The notes under the pieces are model-generated. The model did not search any database and had not been told where the DNA came from. It worked only from the letters and a program-made list of their open reading frames with translations. DNA of 64,000 bases, from positions 62,001 to 126,000 of IMG/VR virus record IMGVR_UViG_3300021964_009390; one strand, 5' to 3'. Every line of letters begins with the position of its first letter. Within the stretch, counting starts at the first letter, position 1. Positions 44,735 through 53,257 of this stretch are shown here, piece by piece. The position numbers were made by a program, and so were the translations under genes.

Positions 44735-45739
44735 ATGTCTACTAAATCAGGAAAAGTACTGGATGGAGATTCAGCCGGAGTCAATCAAATATTACCACAT
44801 GTCAACAAATGGGCATGGGACTTGTACAAGCAAGGTAAAAACAACAATTGGACTCCGGAGGAGGTGCCAATGACTAAAGACATACAAAACTGGAAACAAG
44901 ACGGTGTAATTAGTGATGATGAGCGTTTACTTATCAAAAGATGTTTGGGTTTTTTCGCTGGAAGTGAAAGTCTTGTAGGTAACAACTTGTTCACACTGTT
45001 CAAGTATGTAACTGATCCAGAGTGTCGCCAGTATATGGCTAGACAAATGTATGAAGAGTGTTTACATAATGATACAATAGTGTATATATGTGACAGTTTA
45101 GATCTAGATATAGACGAGGTATACGAGGCATACAACACGATCCCTAGTATTAAAGCTAAGGATGATTTTCTAATGAATGTGACCAAGGGTCTCGGTAAAC
45201 AGATTGACACATCAACAACTGAGGGTCAACGTGAATTGATCAAAGGAGCATTCATATATTGGATTGTATGTGAAGGTACATTCTTCTTCAGCGGTTTTGC
45301 TATGTTGTTAGCGTTATCTAGAAAAATCCCGGGTGTTTGTGAACAGATACAATATACATTGAGAGACGAGAGTATTCATATCAAATTCGGTACTACATTG
45401 TTGAACAAAATCAAAGAACAATACCCAGATGCATGGGATGACACCTTAGAGAATGAACTAGTAGAGAATCTAAAATCTGCTGTTGAGCTAGAGATACAGT
45501 ATGCTAAAGATGTATTGCCTCGAGGTATACTAGGGTTAAATGCTGATATGTTTGTCGATTACATGCAACATATTGCTAACCGTCGGTTGTCTGGGTTGGG
45601 TATGAAGTTCCGATACGACAAAGACACAAATCCGTTTCCTTGGTTGAGTGAAACAATCGATTTACAAAAGCAAAAGAACTTTTTTGAAACCAAAGTTACT
45701 GATTACCAAAATTCAGGGGCTTTGGATGACGATTTTTAA
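44735..45739 (+). CDS. nrdB: Ribonucleotide reductase class Ia beta subunit
   Basis: WTPEE, EECLH, EGTFFFSGF, RDESIH, NFFETKV..Y. Confidence 0.97.
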   Translation: MSTKSGKVLDGDSAGVNQILPHVNKWAWDLYKQGKNNNWTPEEVPMTKDIQNWKQDGVISDDERLLIKRCLGFFAGSESLVGNNLFTLFKYVTDPECRQYMARQMYEECLHNDTIVYICDSLDLDIDEVYEAYNTIPSIKAKDDFLMNVTKGLGKQIDTSTTEGQRELIKGAFIYWIVCEGTFFFSGFAMLLALSRKIPGVCEQIQYTLRDESIHIKFGTTLLNKIKEQYPDAWDDTLENELVENLKSAVELEIQYAKDVLPRGILGLNADMFVDYMQHIANRRLSGLGMKFRYDKDTNPFPWLSETIDLQKQKNFFETKVTDYQNSGALDDDF

Positions 45740-45919
45740 AATATTGAGATCGCTTGTCAGATACATATACCGGTCATTTGTACCACATACTGATAGGAAG
45801 TATCATGGGGTGGACTGGATTAGAATCAGACGGAATCAAGAAAAGCCTCTACGATTGACTAAATACCGATAGCTGGGTGCATTATTGTATCGAAAGGGGT
45901 GGGTTGAGCGGGAATTTTT

Positions 45920-46645
45920 TTATAGGTGTCCACCATGTCCACCATGGTGTGTAGCTCGATTGTCTTGATGGTTTTTACCATAAACATCTGCTGCTGCTTT
46001 CGCTAGGACTCGTTGCAACCGGGGCCAGTCACCACTTCTTGTGTCACCGTTCGGGTTACTATCCAGTATACCTTCTTCAACAGTTCTTTTTTGTAAATCC
46101 TGGTTCAAGTGTGTGGAAAAGTCTCTCCATGATTTTGAACGATAACCACCACTATGACCACCGTGCGGACCATGGTATGTGCCTCGATCATCTTGATGTG
46201 CTTTACCATATGTATCCGCGAAGGCCTTGGCTACAACTCGGAGCAAACGGGGCCAGTCACCACTTCTAGCCACTCCGTTAGGGTTACTATCAAACAAACC
46301 TTCTTCTGCAGTACGTTTATGCAATGCGCGTTCCATGTGACGATAAAAGTCGTTCCATGACCGATCCGGTGGAAAGTGTAACACATAGTGAGACGCAATG
46401 GGTAGCTGTGGTATATACGGTTTCCCATGCGGACAAAATATATGGTACGAACCCCTATCTGCTGAATGGTTAGGCTGGTACGTGTCAGCTGATGCTTTGG
46501 CTATCACTCGCTCCAGTCTAGGCCAGTCCCCCATTCTCGTGTCACCATTGGAATTACTATCCAATATACCTTCCTCAACCAGTCTTTTTCTCAAACTTCT
46601 CTGCATGTGACCTTTGAAACTGTTCCATGACATGTCTGTAAACAT
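45920..46645 (-). CDS. Protein of three tandem ~63-aa repeats with His/Gly linkers
   Basis: SW..F..H....L.KR..EEG..DSN.NG..R.GDWPRL.RV.AKA.AD.Y...H...R...H x3; TAAATA-5nt-ATG. Confidence 0.8.
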   Translation of the reverse strand: MFTDMSWNSFKGHMQRSLRKRLVEEGILDSNSNGDTRMGDWPRLERVIAKASADTYQPNHSADRGSYHIFCPHGKPYIPQLPIASHYVLHFPPDRSWNDFYRHMERALHKRTAEEGLFDSNPNGVARSGDWPRLLRVVAKAFADTYGKAHQDDRGTYHGPHGGHSGGYRSKSWRDFSTHLNQDLQKRTVEEGILDSNPNGDTRSGDWPRLQRVLAKAAADVYGKNHQDNRATHHGGHGGHL

Positions 46646-46699
46646 GTATATATTTACACCATTGTTGACAATGATCAATCTATAGCTTAATATAATAAC

Positions 46700-46876
46700 A
46701 TGAACAGACATTTGAAATACCATCTCCGTTGGCAATGCGGGTTTCTTGTATGTTACCCGACCATGTGGCTGTTCTCAGACTACATGCAATTACCATTGTG
46801 GTTGAGCGTGGTCCTGTTTCAATTTGTTGGTGCATCAATATTTTACCATGTGGATAGGTACATTTTTAAAAAATAG
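46700..46876 (+). CDS. Small 2-TM membrane protein (absent from ORF track)
   Basis: MNRHLKYHLRWQCGFLV...FYHVDRYIFKK; leaderless ATG after TTGACA-17-TAATAT. Confidence 0.6.
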   Translation: MNRHLKYHLRWQCGFLVCYPTMWLFSDYMQLPLWLSVVLFQFVGASIFYHVDRYIFKK

Positions 46877-46912
46877 TTGGACATATTACAATCTAGACTA
46901 TATAATAACTAT

Positions 46913-47596
46913 ATGAAAACAACAAAAGTTGTAACAACCATCGTGGCTTTTGTAGCAGCAGCTGCAGCAGTCTCTAGTGTTCACGCAGATTCTCATGGAT
47001 CCAACCTCCGGGGCTCCGCCAGTGTAGGTTTCGCTAATGAGAACTATTACAGAGGTGCCGATCTAGGTGATGACACAATCAAAGTTGGAGTCGAGGCTAG
47101 ATCCAATCTAGGTGGTGTGGGAGTGTTCGGTAGTGTTGTAGCTGACCAATCCACAGGATCTGCAGCAGATCAATACTACATTTCCGCCGGGTTAGCTAGT
47201 AAATTGTTCGAAGACTCAGTCAATTTCTCTGGTGGTTACTTGCACCGAGAAGGTGTACCGGGTGATGCCACAGGAGAGCTATTCACCAGTTTCGGACTAG
47301 ATGTCGCATTGTCACCAACAGGCATTGTGTACTATGATATTGATAATGAGTTGTGGACTCTAGAGCTCGGCATCAAGCATGAGTTTGATCTAGAAGTGGC
47401 CAAGCTATGTGTACATGGTACCATTGGAGAAACTGAAGCAACTGCAGCAATTGATCGTACATATTGGTCTACTGGTGCAAAACTCACCAGAGGTGTGACC
47501 GACAATGCAGATGCAGTGCTAGGTCTTGACTACGTAGATGCAGACGGTATTGAAGATGATCTCGTGTTGACCGCTGGACTTACATTTAAATTTTAG
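46913..47596 (+). CDS. Outer-membrane beta-barrel (TIGR02001-like porin)
   Basis: Signal peptide ..VHA, Y.YRG, alternating amphipathic strands, C-terminal Phe (LTFKF). Confidence 0.8.
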   Translation: MKTTKVVTTIVAFVAAAAAVSSVHADSHGSNLRGSASVGFANENYYRGADLGDDTIKVGVEARSNLGGVGVFGSVVADQSTGSAADQYYISAGLASKLFEDSVNFSGGYLHREGVPGDATGELFTSFGLDVALSPTGIVYYDIDNELWTLELGIKHEFDLEVAKLCVHGTIGETEATAAIDRTYWSTGAKLTRGVTDNADAVLGLDYVDADGIEDDLVLTAGLTFKF

Positions 47597-47625
47597 TGTA
47601 GTAGTTATCTGATTAATAACAACCT

Positions 47626-47655
47626 AAGCTGCGGGGTAACCCGCGGCTTTTTTTT
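47626..47655 (+). terminator. Rho-independent terminator
   Basis: AAGCTGCGGG-GTAA-CCCGCGGCTT followed by T-run. Confidence 0.85.
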
Positions 47656-47726
47656 GTATATTTTTACTCCGGAACTTGTTCAAAACTAACGAGCTAGAAT
47701 AAATATTAGTGGATTAGGAGGTAACA

Positions 47727-48059
47727 ATGGATAAACAAGGTAATTACATACCAAAGCCATTCACCCCGGAGCTAGCTGTACAAGCGGCCATGGAGATGGA
47801 TGAGACTTATGATGAGAAACGCACATTATGTAATGTGTTGAAACAAGCGTACAGATGCAGCCGCGAGGATAGCTACAACTTGACCGCGCTCCGAGCGTTG
47901 ATATTAGAAGCTTTCTGGATGGGTAAACGCATGAGTCGCAAATTAGGTGATAATGCGAGACATGTCCTTGAACAAGAGACATCACAACATGCAGAAGAAT
48001 TCATGTTCAGTGTTGATTGGAATGAAGACATAGATCTCTCACAAGGTAATTGGGACTAA
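47727..48059 (+). CDS. Hypothetical late protein
   Basis: TAAATA upstream, AGGAGGT RBS. Confidence 0.65.
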   Translation: MDKQGNYIPKPFTPELAVQAAMEMDETYDEKRTLCNVLKQAYRCSREDSYNLTALRALILEAFWMGKRMSRKLGDNARHVLEQETSQHAEEFMFSVDWNEDIDLSQGNWD

Positions 48060-48125
48060 TTTTTTGACCAACGGGCCCTGAGTTTATGGTTCAGGTGTAT
48101 ACGTGGTGGTAGAATAAATAATAGT

Positions 48126-48536
48126 ATGAAACAGCAACAACCAGGGACCCCGTTGGTCAACAAAGATTTAGATGTACCCGTATTCAAACCTAGGATACCT
48201 AGTTATTTAATGAAACAAATGGATGATCATAACAAATTTTTATTAGAACAAATATCTGTCATGAAACAACAAAATGAATGGCAGACGGATCTGGTCAGCA
48301 AGATATATAATTACACCAAAACTATAAACGGTAAAGTGGTGGAACTGGAAAACTTCCGGCATCGAATGGAAATAGAGATGGAACTAGATTCCAAGTGGGA
48401 CAAACGAGAGGCCAAATTGAACCGGATCAAAAAATGGAGTGTTATAGCTTTTTTAGGATTGCTATACCCGTTGTACTTGACAATAGTCAACCACATAGGC
48501 TTTGGTAACATTGTAGAGAATCTTTTGAAATTTTAA
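48126..48536 (+). CDS. Coiled-coil protein with C-terminal TM helix
   Basis: TAAATA-5nt-ATG. Confidence 0.65.
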   Translation: MKQQQPGTPLVNKDLDVPVFKPRIPSYLMKQMDDHNKFLLEQISVMKQQNEWQTDLVSKIYNYTKTINGKVVELENFRHRMEIEMELDSKWDKREAKLNRIKKWSVIAFLGLLYPLYLTIVNHIGFGNIVENLLKF

Positions 48537-48538
48537 AT

Positions 48539-49867
48539 ATGTTAGAGAGAACAAATCAAAAATCATTTATATTCATGCTGGCGATGACCGCGACGTTCAT
48601 CGCTGGATGTGCAGCTTTTTTCAGCGTGAGAGGTATATCGTTATTGTTCGCCGGGAGCATGATACCGGTGGCCATCATGGCCAGTAGTTTGGAAGTAGGT
48701 AAGCTGATGGCCGCAAGTTTTTTATATAGACAATGGAAACGTCTCAAATTGCTCATGAAGTTTTACCTATCAGTGGCGGTGGTGTTGCTGATAGGTATCA
48801 CGTCTTTGGGTGTGTATGGTTATTTGAGTGATGCGTTTGATAAGACAATGAGTCAAGTCAAGCTATACGAGACCAATATTGAACAGACTCAAAAACAAAT
48901 AGACACATATCAAAAAGAGATAAACAAAATAGAGGGAGCAGCTGATCTAATAGACACCAAAGCCAATGAATCTATCACCCAATATCAAAAAATATATGAT
49001 GATTTTGTCGCAGACCAGCGAGCTCGTCAACAAGCGTTGAGGGATCAATTGAAAATGTTGAACGAGGCTGTTGCAGTTGTAGAGAATCAGCCTGGTGGTT
49101 TGTTCAGTAACAAAAAGAAAAAATTACAGGAACTGAAAGACCAGCAAGCAGAAGACAGGAATACCATCTCCAATTCGTTGAAAGAAATTGACGTGTCTAT
49201 CAGCGACGAATATAAAAAATTCACTGTCAAGGTGGAGAGGTTGAGAGAATCAACAGAACAAGTACCAGACAATGTTCAAGACGTGAATACGATATACGAT
49301 AAAATTCGCGGCAAGGAACTAGAGATACTAAAGCTCCGTGAAGATATACGTAATACTGATATTGGTAGTTTCAAATTTATTGCACGTTCTTTTGATATGG
49401 AATTGGAGCAAGTAGTCAAATGGTTTATATTCATAATATGTGTAGTTTTTGACCCATTGGCTGTAGTGCTAGTGGTCGGGTTAAACATGATGATCGCGGA
49501 CAGATGGCAGCAATTAGAAAAACCAGTTGCAACAGAGCATAAAAAAAAAGTAGCTCAACCGACTGAAAATCAACCAATTGTCACGACTATATCACCAACT
49601 ACAACCACTCCAAACAAGGTGCATGTAAAGTATTACACTGATACAGATATCATGGAGTCACAAACCACGGTCACACAACCGGTTAGTGTTATACAGGTTG
49701 AAAAAATCGTGGAGGTTGAAAAACCTGTGGAGGTTGAAAAGATTGTGGAGGTTGAAAAACCTGTGGAGGTTGAAAAAATCGTAGAAGTTGAAAAACCGAT
49801 CGAGTCGAAACTCTCCCCGGCTGATGCTCTCAAGATGTATTGGAAGCAAAGACAGGATAAAAAATAA
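48539..49867 (+). CDS. Conserved large-phage membrane coiled-coil protein
   Basis: AAFFSV.G...LF..MASSLEVGKL..ITSLG.YGYLS...VFDPLAV; VEK repeats. Confidence 0.8.
   Translation: MLERTNQKSFIFMLAMTATFIAGCAAFFSVRGISLLFAGSMIPVAIMASSLEVGKLMAASFLYRQWKRLKLLMKFYLSVAVVLLIGITSLGVYGYLSDAFDKTMSQVKLYETNIEQTQKQIDTYQKEINKIEGAADLIDTKANESITQYQKIYDDFVADQRARQQALRDQLKMLNEAVAVVENQPGGLFSNKKKKLQELKDQQAEDRNTISNSLKEIDVSISDEYKKFTVKVERLRESTEQVPDNVQDVNTIYDKIRGKELEILKLREDIRNTDIGSFKFIARSFDMELEQVVKWFIFIICVVFDPLAVVLVVGLNMMIADRWQQLEKPVATEHKKKVAQPTENQPIVTTISPTTTTPNKVHVKYYTDTDIMESQTTVTQPVSVIQVEKIVEVEKPVEVEKIVEVEKPVEVEKIVEVEKPIESKLSPADALKMYWKQRQDKK
49697..49804 (+). repeat. Six tandem 18-nt coding repeats (VEK[I/P]VE)
   Basis: GTTGAAAAAnnnGTGGAG units alternating Ile/Pro. 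Confidence 0.9.
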
Positions 49868-50569
49868 TTATATAGTCGTTACGGCATGTTGATACAGCTT
49901 CATATCTAATGAATTGTGCATCATCTCACTAACTATCTGTCGCTCAAATGGTGTAGTGTTATTATTTTTTTGCCGGTTGAGTATTTCTAGCTTGCATGTT
50001 TGTTTATTTTCAATTTTAAAATCAGTGCATATATTTTTAATTACTTCTGTAAGTTGATCGTTTATTTTTTCTAGAATTAACGTGTATGTTATATTGTCAT
50101 AATCTTTACATATTGTATCTATATCATTGGATTGACTTACATACTCACACATCAAACTGGAGTAAGATAAACAGTATTTTTTGAGTGTTTCAGCCGGTAA
50201 CCTTCTCATAGGTTTATTGTCGAATTTAACTTTGTCAAAATAGTAATAATGACTTATCAAACGATCGACCGGATGTCTCAACACACATAATGATTTGCAG
50301 CTGTCAGATCTAGTGACTACATCATTGTTTTTTGTGTGACATAACACTATTTTTATCTGTTCTAAATGTTCATTCAACACCCCCATTGCAGCTACGTAAT
50401 CATCATTTGTGGTTAAATTTATACCCTTGTAATCGCAGTCACCAAACAGTGTTTGCGGAAAGTATATCTGTTGATGGGTGTATTTTGTAATAAATGCTTT
50501 GTATAGTAGTGAACGTACGCTAGTACCACCGCATTTTGGTATATGATAAAATATAAATTCCGGATTCAC
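49868..50569 (-). CDS. Sulfotransferase family 2
   Basis: FYHIPKCGGTS, LRHPVDRLISHYYY; lacks the shared 3' tail. Confidence 0.85.
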   Translation of the reverse strand: MNPEFIFYHIPKCGGTSVRSLLYKAFITKYTHQQIYFPQTLFGDCDYKGINLTTNDDYVAAMGVLNEHLEQIKIVLCHTKNNDVVTRSDSCKSLCVLRHPVDRLISHYYYFDKVKFDNKPMRRLPAETLKKYCLSYSSLMCEYVSQSNDIDTICKDYDNITYTLILEKINDQLTEVIKNICTDFKIENKQTCKLEILNRQKNNNTTPFERQIVSEMMHNSLDMKLYQHAVTTI

Positions 50570-52389
50570 GTGTTTATAAATTTTAACAAGTTTTTAGCAA
50601 AGTGATCGTGCTGTATATCGTCTTTGTTCATTGTTTTCAAATATTCATGACCCCGGGCGAGCATGCATGACAACTGCGTTTGAGAGTTCAATATGTGTTG
50701 TAGGTGTGTCACATTTGAGTAATAGCATGGATATGTATCACCTAGGTACTCCTGTACTGCCGGGTGCTTGTTTATCAACACAGGTATGTTACCGGCGATC
50801 ATTTCCAGTATTGTGTTGTTTGCAGATGCGTCTATAACGTTAACTACTACAATGTTGTTGCTCACAATATATTTATATTCGTCTGGGTTTTGTACATATT
50901 TTAACTCTACGCTAGACGTATCTATATATTCCTGTAGCATGGCGGATTCATTACCCAGCAACGTTTTCATTTTACTAGATTCTTTCCACCCACTCAACCA
51001 TAGTTTTTTTCTAGTTGTATTCACACGATATAGTGTAGACATGTATCTCATTTGCTGCCCGATCTGTACAATACATGTATCTGGATCGTTAATAATTCTG
51101 TCAATATTACACGGTGGCATGCTGTTTAAATCAACCGGGTGTTTGGTAGATAATACCGGGATATTTCCAACACGAGGTTCAATATACGATTTTAAATACT
51201 CAGACATCACGATCAATCCTTTGCACCATGGTATACTGGCTACGTAGTTTCGGTTTTTTAGTAATGTGTTAACATTGGCGATATCTAAATAATCTGGAGT
51301 GTTTGGAGTGATGTGAATTATACCAACCCAATCACTCGTCATGGGTTGGTTGTTGTCCCACACAAAATATTGTTCTGTACAGTCTAATAAATTAATATTT
51401 CCATGATCATGTAAGATCCCAGTTTTTTCTAAATTGTGAATAACATCCGGCCAACCACCGGCGTGTTGACGTGCATCACCTTTACTAAACGTGGTTGTAT
51501 GCAATTTATATGTATTATACATACTAGTCCAATATAATCTGGAGCTACCAGACAACCATGGTTGATGCATGCCTAATGAGTTTTCTTGCCATGATGTTTC
51601 ACTTGAAAACTGATGACCTACATCTCGAGGAGCAACACGACCTAGATCATGTTCTAGAATGGTTTTACTATAAAAAACATCCTCCGGTGGGTAGTCTAGT
51701 GGTTTGTTTAAATGTTCCAACCCGTTCATGTAGTTTCTGGTACTATCGTTGATGGTCAAATTTTTCGGTGAATGTGTGTTCAAACAATCGATCATAACTT
51801 GTCTTGTGCGTAGTGAAAAGCCTCCATTACCTACACCCAGTTCATTATCATCCTGTCCAACCGGCCACGGTGCACCAACATAGTCGTATTTCATGAACAT
51901 GTCAATACCGCCATGATTAATGTCTGTGTCCTGTTGATATACTAGAATTTTCTCACCGGTTAGTGCCTCCCATAACGGTTTGGATAACATCATGTTGTTG
52001 TACACGTTCTGGTCAAATTCATGCTCATGCGTCCATCCCATCTCATTCGCATTTATCACCTGTATATCGTTGCTGATATTGTTACACATGGATTTGATAA
52101 ATTCATGGTTAGTGTTTGTGCATATCACACAATGCTCCCAGCTTGAACCCATCAAGTGCACCACTTTTCTAATTATATATTCTATATGGGGAAGTTTTCT
52201 GTTTTCTATAATTACTGTTTGATTGACTGCTGAAATTGATTGAGGTATATTTAGTTTCCGTGCATGTGGTATTTGAGATATACAATTGACCGCATGGTGG
52301 TATTGTTTGTTGATAATGATCTCATGCCACGGGTCGTTCGTGTATGTACGTAGTCCGGTCTTTTGATCACATGCATGCTTTATTTGCAT
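50566..52389 (-). CDS. DUF5672 domain fused to a GT-B-like domain
   Basis: IIENR, LVYQQD, YDYVGAPW..GNGGFSLR, PEDVFY; second half DASANNTILE..P.LIN.HPA.EYLG..YP. Confidence 0.75.
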   Translation of the reverse strand: MQIKHACDQKTGLRTYTNDPWHEIIINKQYHHAVNCISQIPHARKLNIPQSISAVNQTVIIENRKLPHIEYIIRKVVHLMGSSWEHCVICTNTNHEFIKSMCNNISNDIQVINANEMGWTHEHEFDQNVYNNMMLSKPLWEALTGEKILVYQQDTDINHGGIDMFMKYDYVGAPWPVGQDDNELGVGNGGFSLRTRQVMIDCLNTHSPKNLTINDSTRNYMNGLEHLNKPLDYPPEDVFYSKTILEHDLGRVAPRDVGHQFSSETSWQENSLGMHQPWLSGSSRLYWTSMYNTYKLHTTTFSKGDARQHAGGWPDVIHNLEKTGILHDHGNINLLDCTEQYFVWDNNQPMTSDWVGIIHITPNTPDYLDIANVNTLLKNRNYVASIPWCKGLIVMSEYLKSYIEPRVGNIPVLSTKHPVDLNSMPPCNIDRIINDPDTCIVQIGQQMRYMSTLYRVNTTRKKLWLSGWKESSKMKTLLGNESAMLQEYIDTSSVELKYVQNPDEYKYIVSNNIVVVNVIDASANNTILEMIAGNIPVLINKHPAVQEYLGDTYPCYYSNVTHLQHILNSQTQLSCMLARGHEYLKTMNKDDIQHDHFAKNLLKFINT

Positions 52390-52475
52390 GTATATAATTA
52401 TTGTTACAATATTTGATTATCAATACAAATATAAAGTTGAACATCGATATAAATAAGTTTATAATATAAAGTATC

Positions 52476-52805
52476 ATGAATGGAAAAGGTAGCAAACAAC
52501 GACCTACAGATTTAAAAAAGTATGGTAAAAATTACAAAAAAGTTTTTGATAAAAAAACAAACAATGCTCAAGTCGATGAAATGACCGGAGTGATTAAGAT
52601 CGAAACAGAAGCGAGTGGTCGCCGACAAGAGCGCAAGGTGAAAGTCATTAAAGAATATACAGACGAAAACGGTACTGACATGGTCATAATCAATATTAAT
52701 GATTCGTTTACAAATAAAATCATACCTAAACAGTTGTTACAAACAATGGATAGAGAGATAATCAATCAAGACAATCCGTATCCGGTTCCGGAAGATACTA
52801 AATAA
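52476..52805 (+). CDS. Hypothetical protein (GKGSKQRP N-terminus)
   Basis: TTGAAC-17-TATAAT promoter. Confidence 0.6.
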   Translation: MNGKGSKQRPTDLKKYGKNYKKVFDKKTNNAQVDEMTGVIKIETEASGRRQERKVKVIKEYTDENGTDMVIININDSFTNKIIPKQLLQTMDREIINQDNPYPVPEDTK

Positions 52806-52812
52806 TTTAATC

Positions 52813-53253
52813 ATGATATCATCAGAAATTAGCAAAAGAATTAATGAGAGTTTGAGTAAACTCAGAGCTGAAACCGAACCTACGGTTGATTTGGACAGTG
52901 TAACATACCACGCTAGTTACAATAATACATGCACACAAGAGCATATCAACCCTAATCAAATGCTGCTAGATATGTGGGAACAAGACTCATGCTACGGTAA
53001 AGTAGGTGCATCTCACACTTCAGACCCAGAAGATGTATCCAGTGTTACATGTCAAGATTTTTATCAGGAAATTGCACAAGCCGCAAAGGAGTGGACGGAT
53101 AAGCCTAGCGATCGGAGAAAAATTATAGAGGCACTAGAATATGTTCTACATACTGCTGAACGGGCCCCTGAAATAAACAATAAACTAGCGGATCGATTGA
53201 AACATCAAGATTACATGAGAATTATCAATAAGCTAGTGAATTATATTAAATAA
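52813..53253 (+). CDS. Hypothetical protein
   Basis: TAAATA upstream. Confidence 0.6.
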   Translation: MISSEISKRINESLSKLRAETEPTVDLDSVTYHASYNNTCTQEHINPNQMLLDMWEQDSCYGKVGASHTSDPEDVSSVTCQDFYQEIAQAAKEWTDKPSDRRKIIEALEYVLHTAERAPEINNKLADRLKHQDYMRIINKLVNYIK

Positions 53254-53257
53254 CTCT

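Noticed and set aside
41622-45739. Introns or inteins in nrdA/nrdB
   Set aside because: Both ORFs are continuous, of normal length, with no intein motifs.
49697-49804. VEKIVE repeat as a novel element
   Set aside because: Common low-complexity coding repeat in this type of phage membrane protein.
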